A stretch of DNA of 55,194 nucleotides, counting the filler, from Porpidia crustulata (Eukaryota), in the NCBI GenBank assembly GCA_964255105.1. It is 4 parts of 4 records of this genome, joined end to end, with 100 filler letters (N's around TTAATTAATTAA, not from the genome) between each part and the next. Parts side by side here need not be neighbours in the genome. Positions count along the whole stretch, not along the records: positions 41,483 to 55,194 come from CAXUWE010000419.1; 3 more parts are not named here. One strand, given 5' to 3'. Shown here piece by piece: positions 41,383-52,657 of the stretch. The stretch's first letter is position 1. Each line of letters starts with the position of its first letter. The notes beneath the pieces are model-generated. The model had not been told where the DNA came from. It saw only the letters and a list, made by a program, of their open reading frames with translations, and did no database searches. The translations under genes were made by a program, and so were the position numbers.

Positions 41383-41482
41383 NNNNNNNNNNNNNNNNNN
41401 NNNNNNNNNNNNNNNNNNNNNNNNNNTTAATTAATTAANNNNNNNNNNNNNNNNNNNNNNNNNNNNNNNNNNNNNNNNNNNN
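41383..41482. other. Assembly gap spacer
   Basis: 44N-TTAATTAATTAA-44N. Confidence 0.98.
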
Positions 41483-41534
41483 GCTTAGGGTTTTCGAACT
41501 AGGGGTGTAATCGAACTAGGGGTGAGTACGAGTA
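41483..41534. mobile_element. Probable terminal inverted repeat end of a Tc1/mariner-pogo DNA transposon
   Basis: A perfect 14-bp direct repeat TCGAACTAGGGGTG occurs at 41494-41507 and 41511-41524 (17-bp period), followed by AGTACGAG and TA. It sits at a contig break, as expected for a collapsed repeat. Confidence 0.6.
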
Positions 41535-41643
41535 ATATACATTGCCCCCTGGCTAGTGAAAATTATGGCCCCAGCATAGATATCCCGAGAACGCCTTGTC
41601 TGGTTTGCAACATCTTCTTTCCCGGTCATACTGATGACAACGA

Positions 41644-42128
41644 CTAGCCATGCGACATGTCCGCACAAGATGACTCAAAAGTCCACCGCCAGACTCCATT
41701 TTCCAAGTCCGGCGGCGTCGCAGTACTTCGCAATGCGCAGTTGCGGCATTTCCATGGATAGTGAATGCCTCGACAGCACTCTCTAATTAAGTCCTCCAGA
41801 CTCCCGTAGACAATGCAATGCTTTCTTTGACGAGTTGGCGATCTACAATGACAAACTTCGTGACAGTATGTGTGACCGTGTTCCCACACTCTTGCCGCGC
41901 AAAATCGTACTCTCCAGGGCTTCAGCCGATAAGAGGCATAATGTTTTGGTCGGTTAAGTCATCCACAAGGATCTGCTCCGGTGGGACCGACAAAGCCACG
42001 ACCTGGCTGCGCGGCGCTATAGGAATGAGGAAGCAAAGGAGAAGTACAAGGAGGGTGAGGATGGTGGGGGCTCCTGATCTGTTGCTCTCAATGCACGCTT
42101 TATGTGTGCGAGCGAGAGAGAGTGACAT
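41644..42128 (-). pseudogene. Possible frameshifted small secreted cysteine-rich protein
   Basis: A hydrophobic leader (TILTLLVLLLCFLIPI) in one frame overlaps a 10-Cys reading frame in another. Confidence 0.35.
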
Positions 42129-42839
42129 GACTTGACAGTGATCTTGACCGGCGTAGCAGAAAGTCAGTTGTGGGCTTTTGAGATGCTGAGGAGAAGTACC
42201 AGAGAGAAGAGGAGATTTCTCGTCGGGTTGCGTAGGAAGTGGTATAAGTCATAGAATAGATGGTTAAGGAAATATCACAATCCCACAATCTCGAACATAT
42301 GTGAAGAATTGGATAGGTTCTTTTGAAAGTTATAGACCTATCGGTGTGAAGAGAACTCGTATACAAAAATGCCACACGAAGATTAGGGATTCTGCTTTCA
42401 AGCTCGTGGACAATCGACCAGGGACGCGTTAGATGCGGATCAAAGGTGACATAGAAATCAAGTTTATAACTATAGAGGTCTTGCACAGTGATAATGTCAG
42501 CAGAAAGCAAATCCTACAGATACAGCCTAGGAACGACTTGTGGAAAGGTCTATTGTACATTACATGGTACACCAACGCCTGCATCTTCGCTTCATACATC
42601 AAAAATAAAGTCATATTATTAGTCTCACAGCAGAGCCATGGTCAAACGCAATAAGACCCGTTTCAAAGCGGTCCACCGCCTGAGGACTATCCCAAGAACC
42701 ACTGCGTCATATTTCCGGTATATTAGTAGATGCTGGTCTTCAGCTGTCGAGCACTAGTTTCTTGGTGTGGTGGCTCGGATGGTTCAGCCACACTGTCGCC
42801 TCCGAGCGCGGCAGCTGGAGCTCTTTTCCCGTTGCCTTC

Positions 42840-43328
42840 TTAAGGTTTAATGATGGAAGTATCTTCATGATCCCTTTTCTCTAGTCCGTAGTGTTCCGTT
42901 ACGCCGACACTCTCGGGCTCAGGAGCCGTAATTCTTCGCGTTGAAGAGGGTTGATACGCTATGTCCATGACTGTTCCCTCATGTCGTTCATCGCTACCCT
43001 CCTCGGATGCTGAACGGATGATACGAGAAAGGATTCGACGTCTCCGCTCAGCAGATGTAGGGGGAGAGCCACATCCGGCTACCCTCGGATTGCGCGGAGT
43101 ACCACCCGCGCAAGGGTCCACGAGTGGCCCGATTGGAGGGAACCCGCCATACGGGCCTAGCCCCTTTGGTGCCGATGATCCAACGTTCCTAGGTATTGGG
43201 TGATCTCCATGAGCTTCAGAAGGCTCAACAGTAGAAACACTATCAGGTGTGGCAGAGACAGTGATTGTCGAGGAGACCAAGAAGAGAGTTACGGCCAAGG
43301 GAATCGTTGAGGCAGTAGTGAGAGGCAT
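42840..43328 (-). CDS. Secreted prepropeptide-like protein with basic processing sites
   Basis: ATG at 43328; signal peptide MPLTTASTIPLAVTLFLVSSTITVSA; basic sites PR, RRRR, RR and EKR; one Cys pair. Confidence 0.6.
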   Translation of the reverse strand: MPLTTASTIPLAVTLFLVSSTITVSATPDSVSTVEPSEAHGDHPIPRNVGSSAPKGLGPYGGFPPIGPLVDPCAGGTPRNPRVAGCGSPPTSAERRRRILSRIIRSASEEGSDERHEGTVMDIAYQPSSTRRITAPEPESVGVTEHYGLEKRDHEDTSIIKP

Positions 43329-44598
43329 GGCGGATAGAAGGTAGATTGACGATTGAGATAATCCAAGAATTTGGGTTTGGTAAGTTGGAGAGCTATCAAA
43401 GCTAAGGGTTTTGCTGATTGGAGTAGGTTGGTTACCTTTGCGGGAGTGTATGTTTTGGAAGGCCGATAGAAGGAGAACTCTGTTGAATATATACCCTCTG
43501 GTAGCGTGGCGCGATTGTATATGAAACCGTCGAGGCTCTCTGGTAATATGAAGTTTCATTCTCGGAACAACATTGTTCATTCACTTATTCATGGACCGCT
43601 CTTTCATTAAGGTCAAAGTAATGCAGTGATATGTATCCAGGATTGAAAGTCACTAGACCTGGCACGAGCTCCTTTCTAGCCACACAGGCAATCAATAATG
43701 TTTGATATGCCATACCCTCCATATAAGACAGCGATACTTCGGCCGCGCTTCCTCAATATTCCATACATCTTGTGAAATCTGCACCTAGGTCCTGTGAATC
43801 TGAACGAGATATGAAGTAGGCAGTTCTTTTCAGCCTTGCAACATTCCCCTACCTACGTTTCAAGTATTTGAAACGATTCCGAGGGTTGGTAGCTTCACCG
43901 TTTGGTACGAAGGCCAACTTTGTTCTTCGTTCTCCCCTCACAAGCAATGCCACAAATCCTACAGCGAAGATCCCAAGAAGACGCTGATACCCTTAACAGT
44001 GACCACGTTATCTTTGATAACGGCGGACAGGTATCGCTGCGGATCGTTGGTATGCAAGCGACGGAACAAGGTGTTGTAGATATATAGAAAGAGCGGTCAA
44101 CGGGCCAAGTGCGCGTCGTTTTATTATATCCTTTTATCGTCTGTGCATCTCCACTAGCGACAGACAAAGATGCCGCGGGACGCCGTGGTTTGCAAGACGC
44201 TTATCACGTACCGTGCCACAAGCCGTCAATCCAGGACTTCATCGCTCGACATCTTTCTATCCAGTTCGTGCATAGTGAATGTTCCGCATTTCAGGCTCAA
44301 ACATTGATGTCGTAGAACGGCGGAAAGTTCCGTTTCTCGGCACATCATAATTGTATAAGTAGTTAGACTTGAGATTTTCGGCTGGAGTTGAGCATAGACA
44401 TAGAATTCTCGACTTCAAAATGCATCATATCCAGAGAGGAAGCTGGACATCAAATGCCGCTAGGGTAGAATCTGACGAAGCTCTGAATTCGCATCCTGGA
44501 TAACAGCATTTCCCTCAAGCTAAGCGGCCAGGCGTAAGCCGTAGATTCAAGACGGCCCAGTGCTTATGTTGCTGAAGGTCAAAATCATCAAGTACAAT

Positions 44599-45078
44599 TC
44601 ACCCTCTTTTGCGCGCAGCATACCGCATGGCTTTGAGAGAGAAATGGAGACTGTGGAACATTATTCTTCTGGCCCCTCTCTTCAAATTATACACTGCAAA
44701 GCGAGCCGCAATATCTCCACGTTGCGGTATTGAGGCACGGTGCCAAGATCGCTGCATACGTGCTCGCAGTATCTTACCACTCTTCTCCACAAAATCCTCT
44801 TGCCTATCAACCATCTTTTCGAGGTCGTTAGCTGCCTTCAGTATCTCCTCCATCGTTATATCCTCAGGATTATGCCGAAACCTTGCTTGCAAGTCTTGGA
44901 AGAGGGATTTTCCCGATCTGGTTTCTTCCGACTCCACAGAGATTAGCTCTTGTTGTTTTTTCATGAGACAGTGTCGGCGGTGCCTGCGAGCGGCCTGATC
45001 TTCTGGCTCTGGCTGTTCCTCAAGTTCCAGTATCTCTTGTCGTAAGATCTCTGCCCTCAGATTCTGCCACGAGTACAT
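44599..45078 (-). CDS. Orphan helical/coiled-coil protein (may extend upstream to 45242 via a frameshift)
   Basis: 159-aa ORF rich in E/R/K/L with protein-like composition; no recognised domain. Confidence 0.5.
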   Translation of the reverse strand: MYSWQNLRAEILRQEILELEEQPEPEDQAARRHRRHCLMKKQQELISVESEETRSGKSLFQDLQARFRHNPEDITMEEILKAANDLEKMVDRQEDFVEKSGKILRARMQRSWHRASIPQRGDIAARFAVYNLKRGARRIMFHSLHFSLKAMRYAARKRG

Positions 45079-45566
45079 TTTTTGATTATTTCTTTAAGAT
45101 CTCTTGAAACACTATGAATGGCAATTCCGAGTCGAAGGATAGAAGTCCAAAATAGACACCAAAGGCAGCAACAGAATAGAACACATGGATCTGTTCGTAG
45201 TTTGGCAGAGCTAAGGTACCAAGTTGAACCATGACTAAGCATTTCTGTCCGAACGTAGCTAGCTTAATTGGCGTTGAGAGCTACAATTCTCATAGTCAAA
45301 GCCGTTCTGATGTTGCGATGCGAGCTTCACCTCCCTTTAGCAAGTCACTTAGGAAATCTACGTCCTATGTCACCCAATCAAACAGTATCCAGAGCAGATA
45401 AGAAAGCGGTTGAATTGGCCAATTGCATAAAAAAAATGCTTTCGATCGTCAGGTAGTAGGTAATCTAGCTACTTGATAACATCGCGTATCATGAGACTCC
45501 ACAGCTTGCATTTTGTATCCACCGTAAGTTTAATATTTTGCCTCGACTCTCGTAGCATTCCAGCTA

Positions 45567-46744
45567 TCAGTCGTCACTGAAATCTACCATTTCGCCAAAA
45601 GCGAAAGCTACAGGGACTTTGACCTTTTTTGCTTGCGCAGACGCAAAGATCTTGTCGTACTCCGGATCTCTTTCACGCTTGATGCCACGGTCTGCTTTGA
45701 TGTCCTCCGGCTTTATCTCTGCTGTGCGTTCTATTTTAAGCTTGAAACGTTCCTAGGCGAGTCAGAAACTTTCGCTTTCAATTTTGAGTATAGAGCTCAC
45801 TTGCTGCCTCTTCGCAAGTTCCTGCAACTCCTCCACATTCAACTCTTCCAGTGATCGTTCTTCCCAAGGGGTAGGGGTTGGCGTTCGGGGGACTAACAGC
45901 ATGTTTTGGAGGCCCTCTATACATGAATCAGCTTTTGAGGCAGCTCATAAATAGAACTGTGAACTGACTCCTTGAACAGTATTTGAATAAAAAGACGGCA
46001 GTGGGGTCGTCCTTGCCGTCCATGTACTCTGTGTCATACATATCAAGTTTTTCAGTGCTTTGCTCTTTACCAAGTCTAAGTGGAGATCAATCAGCTTTGC
46101 TAAATCAAGATTTTTTGCGGGAATTAGTGATAATCGAACCTATAATTATGAGTTACACTCGTGCCTTTAAGCTTCTTTTCCGCCATTTGTGCCACTCCAT
46201 CTGTCGTAGGACACGAATGCTTATGTTGCTGGATCCGCGATAATCCAATCACACGTTTCCGATGTATCTTCACAGTGATAATTCCAATATCACTGGGTGT
46301 GCTTGGAGCTTGCGTGATACTTTGCGCTCGAGTTTCTTCAGCTACATTGTATCAGCGGATTTATCATGTGAATCGCGTCAGTGACTTACAACAGGTGATC
46401 TCACTAAAAAGAAAGGGTTTCATCTTTGCAGTGGAGGGACCATTCGTAGTTACACCATGTACGATCTGCTCCCACAGCATAAACTGTTCGCTGAATTTCG
46501 CTTTTCTCAGAAGCGTACTTTGAATAAGTTTACCGTCCAAGTGAATTATGAAAGAAAGTGCGTCAGAATCAATCTGAGAAGGATCTGCCACAGAGAGCTT
46601 GATTGCAAAGGGAGCGCCCGTCGTAGCTTCAACATGCTTCTCAGCCACATTTGAATTCTCCTCAATTAATTCATGATCCGCATATTCCTGTAAGGCCTGC
46701 CCGTTGACCAGAATCTGGACCGTAATCTTTCCGAGGATAGCCAT
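45567..46744 (-). CDS. Conserved fungal hypothetical protein (DUF7918-like, from memory)
   Basis: Five exons reconstructed: MAILGKITVQILVNGQALQEY..., GIITVKIHR, AEKKLKGTSVTH, PTAVFLFKYCS, LLVPRTPTP...LEELNVEEL, IKRER...MVDFSDD*. Confidence 0.85.
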
Positions 46745-47511
46745 GGTGCAGATTACATTCGTGCACAGATTTCCAAAGTGACCGAAGTTATCGACACGTC
46801 GACCTGATCCTCTTGTGCACATGTGTTTGCTTGATGTTATGATGAGGCAATATGGCGATATCACTACTTAGATAGGGTCACATACCCTCAATCACTCTTC
46901 AACACTTTAGTTCATGTGGCGAGAGGGCCTAGTCCACCTTTAATCCTCATAGTTGTCGTTGTGACATTGAGGATTCGGATCGTTAAGGCGTACAGCAGCG
47001 ATAAGTATCTAGTAAACTCACTTGAGATACCGAGAGTAGTAGGTAAATCTAGCTTGTCAAATAGTGTTACTTAAATCAAAGGTAGAATGGAGAATCTGCT
47101 ATCAAGGGGATGAACTAAGGTCAAGTAGAGCATGTTGTTTTGTTAATTGGCAACGAAAAGCATTCTAGCGTCGACGGTTTAACTCTTGGCTGATCGAAAT
47201 CGAAATTACTAAACCTCCCTACGGTGCAAAAATTTAAAAAAAAAGATTGCTCTTCAGTCCCTTACTTGCTGGGTATACCAGTCGAATGACTAAACGAAGG
47301 AACGCCTCAATGGTATGCATGTCGTTCCGAGCATAAGACGATTGACAAGAACAGGAAAGAAAGTGGCAGTGTGACAGTATGAAAGCTCGCCCGCCACCCG
47401 TTTATGAACCCGAGATACAATTACCACCTATGGCCGATCTCCCAGTACTCCGGCTAAAACAATGCAAAGGTCCAAACTCCCGATCTATTCTCCGTGCTTT
47501 CCGTTTATTTT

Positions 47512-48506
47512 TTACCACGGACCAACACGTACAGGAAGATTAGATCCGTAAGTACCAGAAAGTAGCTCTTGTCTCACAGAGCTAACGTCATCGCCTCGGT
47601 TGCCATACTGCGGTGCTCGAGGTTGTCCACCCATCCATCCAAGGTTCGTGCTCAGCTCGTTAACGGCATCTTGAAGCTTGCCATTTGCCTGCTGGTTGTG
47701 TTTTGCGATTTTTTGATCCCATCCACCATATTGTAACTGCATCCCACCAGCCCTCTTAGATGCCTCACGAATTGTCATGGCCCAGGCATGTGATATTTCC
47801 TCGTAGGCGTTTTGTTTGTGCAAGTTATTCTGAAAGCTGGCCCAGTTTGGGAGACGATGTATGATCTCAGTTGCACCATCCAAGAAGTTGAGGGATTGTG
47901 AAGCTTGTGTTTCATTCGGCGGTAAAAAATGTGGCGTGAAGTCGGCGAGTGCCTCGAGTAGATTCAATAGTGACAGCCTCACCCGATTATACGCATAATC
48001 CGACGTTTGGTTGCCGCCAAATGGGAAGGACGACTGCAGCGTGGACTCATATTTTTTGAGTACATCAAGAGCGGAAGTAACATTGGGTTTGGGTGCTGTG
48101 TTCTCGACTTCTGCACCGATCGTTGGGTGCCGAGCACAAATGGATTGGAGAACCCCACGCAAAGATTCTGCATCTAGTGTTTCCAGGAGTCGTGGGAGAG
48201 CAAGCGGTCGGCCTAGGATACCTTGCCTAGCTCGCTTTATCTGTCGATGGGCGGGTAATGATTGCGAGGAAACTGAAGGAGAATTCGATGGGGATGAGGA
48301 CATTCGATCCTCTGGCTGTGGCTCATCATCGTCGGCTTTTCGTTTTCGACTCGCAGAGCCAACACTAGGTAATGACACTGCCATGAAAGAGTTAGCATGG
48401 GCTGTAGCTAATGATATCCTCGGTAGAACTGACTTGAGTGGGATGGTGAAAAGCGTGCGTTGTGGAATTGATGAAACAAGGGAGGTGTAGCAGCAATACT
48501 GTGCAT
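47512..48506 (-). CDS. STS1: Nuclear proteasome tethering factor Sts1/Cut8
   Basis: Exon 1 MHSIAATPP... joined via intron 48378-48433. Motifs [36 protein letters not shown] and LGWMGG. Confidence 0.94.
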
Positions 48507-49063
48507 AACTGCTGACACCGATCTCTTCCATGGAGTAGCCAAGCGGAAGCTGATGAGGGTAAGAAAGATGGAGGAAGAGTGGGGAGCTTAAGATGGTTCG
48601 CTTCAGCGAGTAGCGGTTCTTGGCACGATTTAAAAAAAGGTACTTGGTAACAAGAGTGACTGTGCAATGACGACCGTTGTCACAAAGAACATGGACAACA
48701 CGATGCCAGCCAATATTTCTAAAAACCTAAGCTGCCTCCATGTCCAAATATTGGAACAGGCTTACGGCGGTATTTTGTGTTAATCTCAATAATGGGTACA
48801 ACAATATGACATATATCGGTTTCCGCGCAATATCTGTACACACTGTAGATTGTGCTGCAAACGGTTTTCAAGAGGCACAACCCCTATCAATCGTTTCCTC
48901 CTAGCCTCAACAGACAGGGGCCACGCCACAAATTATCGTGCTATTACAAATGGGTATGCTGCATTACTCCCAGACAGCCTTCCGGCTACCACCTAGATGA
49001 AGTTGCCTGCCTTCAAACACCATGTACCATGAAAGATCGCCCGTGACAAAGTGACTTGACGCT

Positions 49064-52000
49064 TCATAGATACAATGACTGTGCTGCAACGATATCTCTC
49101 CGGACCTTCAACAGAGATTGCTCAAACTTTTGCTCCAGCTCGTCACTGCCCATAACCTTTGCAGCTTGCGCCATTTGCCTAAGCAGCTCTTCCAACCGGC
49201 GGAATAAGCGGATCAGGCTTCCCTCGTAAACATCCGTCATTTTGCTTTGAAAGTCAGCACCCTGTGGTAGGCTACGCGATGGGATACGTACCAGATCTCT
49301 GCGAATGACTTTCCATGTGCCCAAGCGTACACGACCTCCATCAGCTGATACTTAAAGCCCTGTACGTATTCGTCCTCGTTAATTGTCAATTTACTCTCCT
49401 GTGAGACTTTAGAGATCGTCCTTGCTTTTGCTTGAATCTCGCGGTATGGTTTTGCAAGTTCCTCTTTCAGTGCTGGACAGTCCGCTTTCTCTTCGAAAAT
49501 GAAGCAACTAAGTACTGATGCACAAAGCTCCGGCGAGAGCTCGTTGAAGAAACGATCGAATAGAAGCTCACTCAATAGCAGCTCATCACCAGTACTGATT
49601 TCGCAAGCAACGCGTGCCTTCAGCTGAACCACTTCTGCGTCATTGACAAATCCAAAACGACGTAGAACACGCTTCCGACACTTCAATTCATCGAGCTGCA
49701 TAATTGACAAAGCAGTAGTAATCTTTATCTTTACAGCTTTGATTTGGTCAGATATTTCAATTTTATGGGCATACTGATCATAAAGGTCGGGAAGCCGTGG
49801 TGAATTATGCAGAGGATTGCTCAAGAGACGGGACTCAAGGACTTCAATCTTCTGCATGAAATTAGCACTCAATAATTTGGACTATCAAGGGCTTGACGCT
49901 TACTCGGAGAAGCTTCTTAAACGAGGAATCCGTAATGCCCATATTCTCGATTGGGTCAAGAACAGCAATACCATCTGGGAACCTTCGCTTGACCTCCTCA
50001 AGCGACTTGCGGACAGTATTCCTCTGGTCGGCAGATTTCAGGTCATTAGGCAGAAAGATCCTGATGTGTCCAATTGACTCCACACAAGATAGCAGTATAG
50101 GTACTACGTCCATTCTAGCCTTTTCACCTTCATCCGCAGGTTGAATACCTTGTGGGAGCTCTTGAAATACTCGCATTCCGGTCGAGCCCGTATCAGCAAC
50201 TTGCAGCAGTACATCGATAACATATGATTCTTGAGGAATAATGCTCTCGGCTTTCTCGTCCTTATTGGGTTTCCGGGGGGTAAAGTTGACTACTGCTCCC
50301 CACCCGAAATCGTAATCTTTGTATTTTATCTTGACAAGCCGGCCAGACTGCATGAATTGCAAACAGTAATTGGGGTGAGTGATAACGTCTCGCATATCCT
50401 TTGTATATATTCCTAACTGTTGTCTTAAGTCATAGTACTCTCGAATTGTGCCTTCGTCGGCGATTTCGATACTGGATTTCTGCGCCTCAAGCTCATGCAA
50501 TTCTACATTGTTGTTAAGGGGTATCTCCGTAGTATAGATTCCAGATGACTTACCTTTTTCAAGACCGGAAACACTTGCTGTATTTTGGAATTGATAGAAA
50601 CATCTTTCCAACATAAACTCTGGCGATATACCCTCAACTCTCATTAGATTCAAGATCATATTATATCCAAGATAGAAAGCCGAGTTCAAGTTATCCTGCT
50701 CTCCACGAACAATTTCCTTGGCCACAGCTGGCTCCATCTTCTCATCGATCATCATGATGACCATCCCTCGATCATCAAGACCGCGTCGACCAGCACGCCC
50801 AGACATCTGCACAAACTCTGAAGGGCTGACCCACCGAAGCGACACTCCGTCGAACTTGCGGACACTAGTGAAGACAACGGTCTTTGCTGGCATATTAAGT
50901 CCAATGGAGAAGGTTTCTGTTGCAAAAAGAACTTTAATTAGGCCCTCCTGGAAGAGGATTTCAATAGTCTCTTTCAATATTGGTAGTAAACCCGAATGAT
51001 GAATTCCAATACCTCGCTTGAGCAGTGGCAAAATATTTTGGATTTGAGGCAGTTGCTTATCTTCTTCAGAAAGCATTTCCAATGCATTACTGAATACCTT
51101 ATCCACCATGGCTTTCTCTGAGTCTTCGTTGAAGCTTAGGTTGCTCATCTGAAGAGCGTAACTTTCGCACATGTTCTTACTGAAGCTGAAGACAATGACT
51201 GGATTGAAGTTCTTTACCATAATCATCTTGACGATTTTGTAGATGTCAGAGGGTCCCTTTGTGCCGCCCTTATTCAATTTCTTGTCTTTACCTCTTCCCT
51301 TTCGCTTTGCCATTGGATCCGCTGGATCATCACCATGCTTGTCAGCAATAGTTGTCATAGCTTTGTTGAAGTTATCCTCGCGAAAAACTCCTTTTTCATC
51401 GACGACCAGATGTATCCCGTCAGCGCCTTGGGGGAAGAAATAATGCTGCAAAGGTGTCGGACGAAAATCTGTGTACACCACGTGGCAGGGCTGGCCATGG
51501 GTCTTCGTGATCCATTCCGCAAATTGCATTGCGTTTGGAATCGTGGCGGAAAGGAAGACGTAGCGAACTTTATCTGGCAGCAGAATGATAGTCTCTTCCC
51601 AGACAACGCCACGAGCCTTGTCTCGCATGTAATGTATCTCATCGAACACTACCCAAGCCACTTCCCGCATGATTTCTGAGCCCCTATAGAGCATAGATCG
51701 GAGAATTTCCGTGGTCATGACGAGACACGTTGCGGTGGGATTAATCGTTACATCCCCTGTCATCAAGCCGACATCCCCAAATTCTGCTGCAAATTCCCTG
51801 TACTTTTGATTGCTCAAAGCCTTGATTGGACTTGTGTAGATGACTCTTTGGTTGTTTTTCAAGCTTTGCGCGATTGCGTATTCTGCGACTACAGTTTTTC
51901 CAGCGCTTGTATGGGCAGAGACCAGTACACTCTCTCCCCTCTCTATCGAAGCAATGGAGACCTTCTGAAATGGATCCAGCATAAAAGGCCATGTTCTTGC

Positions 52001-52447
52001 AGGATTATCTGGTGCTTTGTGTTCTGAGATGGGAACGTAGTTGTAATCTGGAGGTAGTGCGACCTGATGCCTGACCTGATGCGATAAGACCACAGTAGAG
52101 CCTTCTTGTGCAGCCTGTAGCCCAGCCGATGCAGCGACCTCTCTTGACTGCTCTGTCTCGAAAGCATCTGTGACTACCGGCTCAGCCTCAATCTCCCGAC
52201 GTTGTCGCTTAGCCTGTGGGCGAATTTCGACATTCAGATCTTCTGCTGCTGGCTCTGAAGCTGTCCCATCCGTAGCATCAACCATTGGGGCGTCGCCATC
52301 TCCGTTAAAAGCACCGACCAAAACTTTAGCTTCACCATTTGCCTGTCTCTTCTTGCTCCTATCTATCTTGGATTTAAGCTTGCCCTGATCGGGCACAGGC
52401 TTTGTACCCGACGGCTGATCATTGAATACATCAAACAGCTCGTCCAT
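49064..52447 (-). CDS. MTR4: Ski2-like DExH RNA helicase Mtr4/Dob1 (TRAMP/exosome cofactor)
   Basis: Motifs [15 protein letters not shown] and [10 protein letters not shown], arch/KOW region and C-terminal [11 protein letters not shown]. Three introns near 50503-50553, 49852-49903 and about 49240-49290. Confidence 0.98.
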
Positions 52448-52657
52448 TGCCGTCTGCTTCACGTCTGCTAAGTTGATCGAGTGTCCGAGGCGTTTGTGAT
52501 ATCTGGAGAATTTGTCGAGCGGAACGTGCGGAATTCCTCGGCACAAAACAGTGCGGAATGAGTCCGAGTACCCTAACACACTTATAAACTCCGAATCAAA
52601 AGTCCTTCACCACTGCACTGTCGAAACCAGCCCTTACAAAACGTCAACGCAAATACC
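52448..52657. promoter_or_regulatory. Compact bidirectional promoter shared by MTR4 and the KH-domain gene
   Basis: The divergent ATGs are only 210 nt apart. Confidence 0.6.

Noticed and set aside
43600..44550. Possible decayed gene on the minus strand
   Set aside because: Only fragmentary frames with many stops and no identifiable domain.
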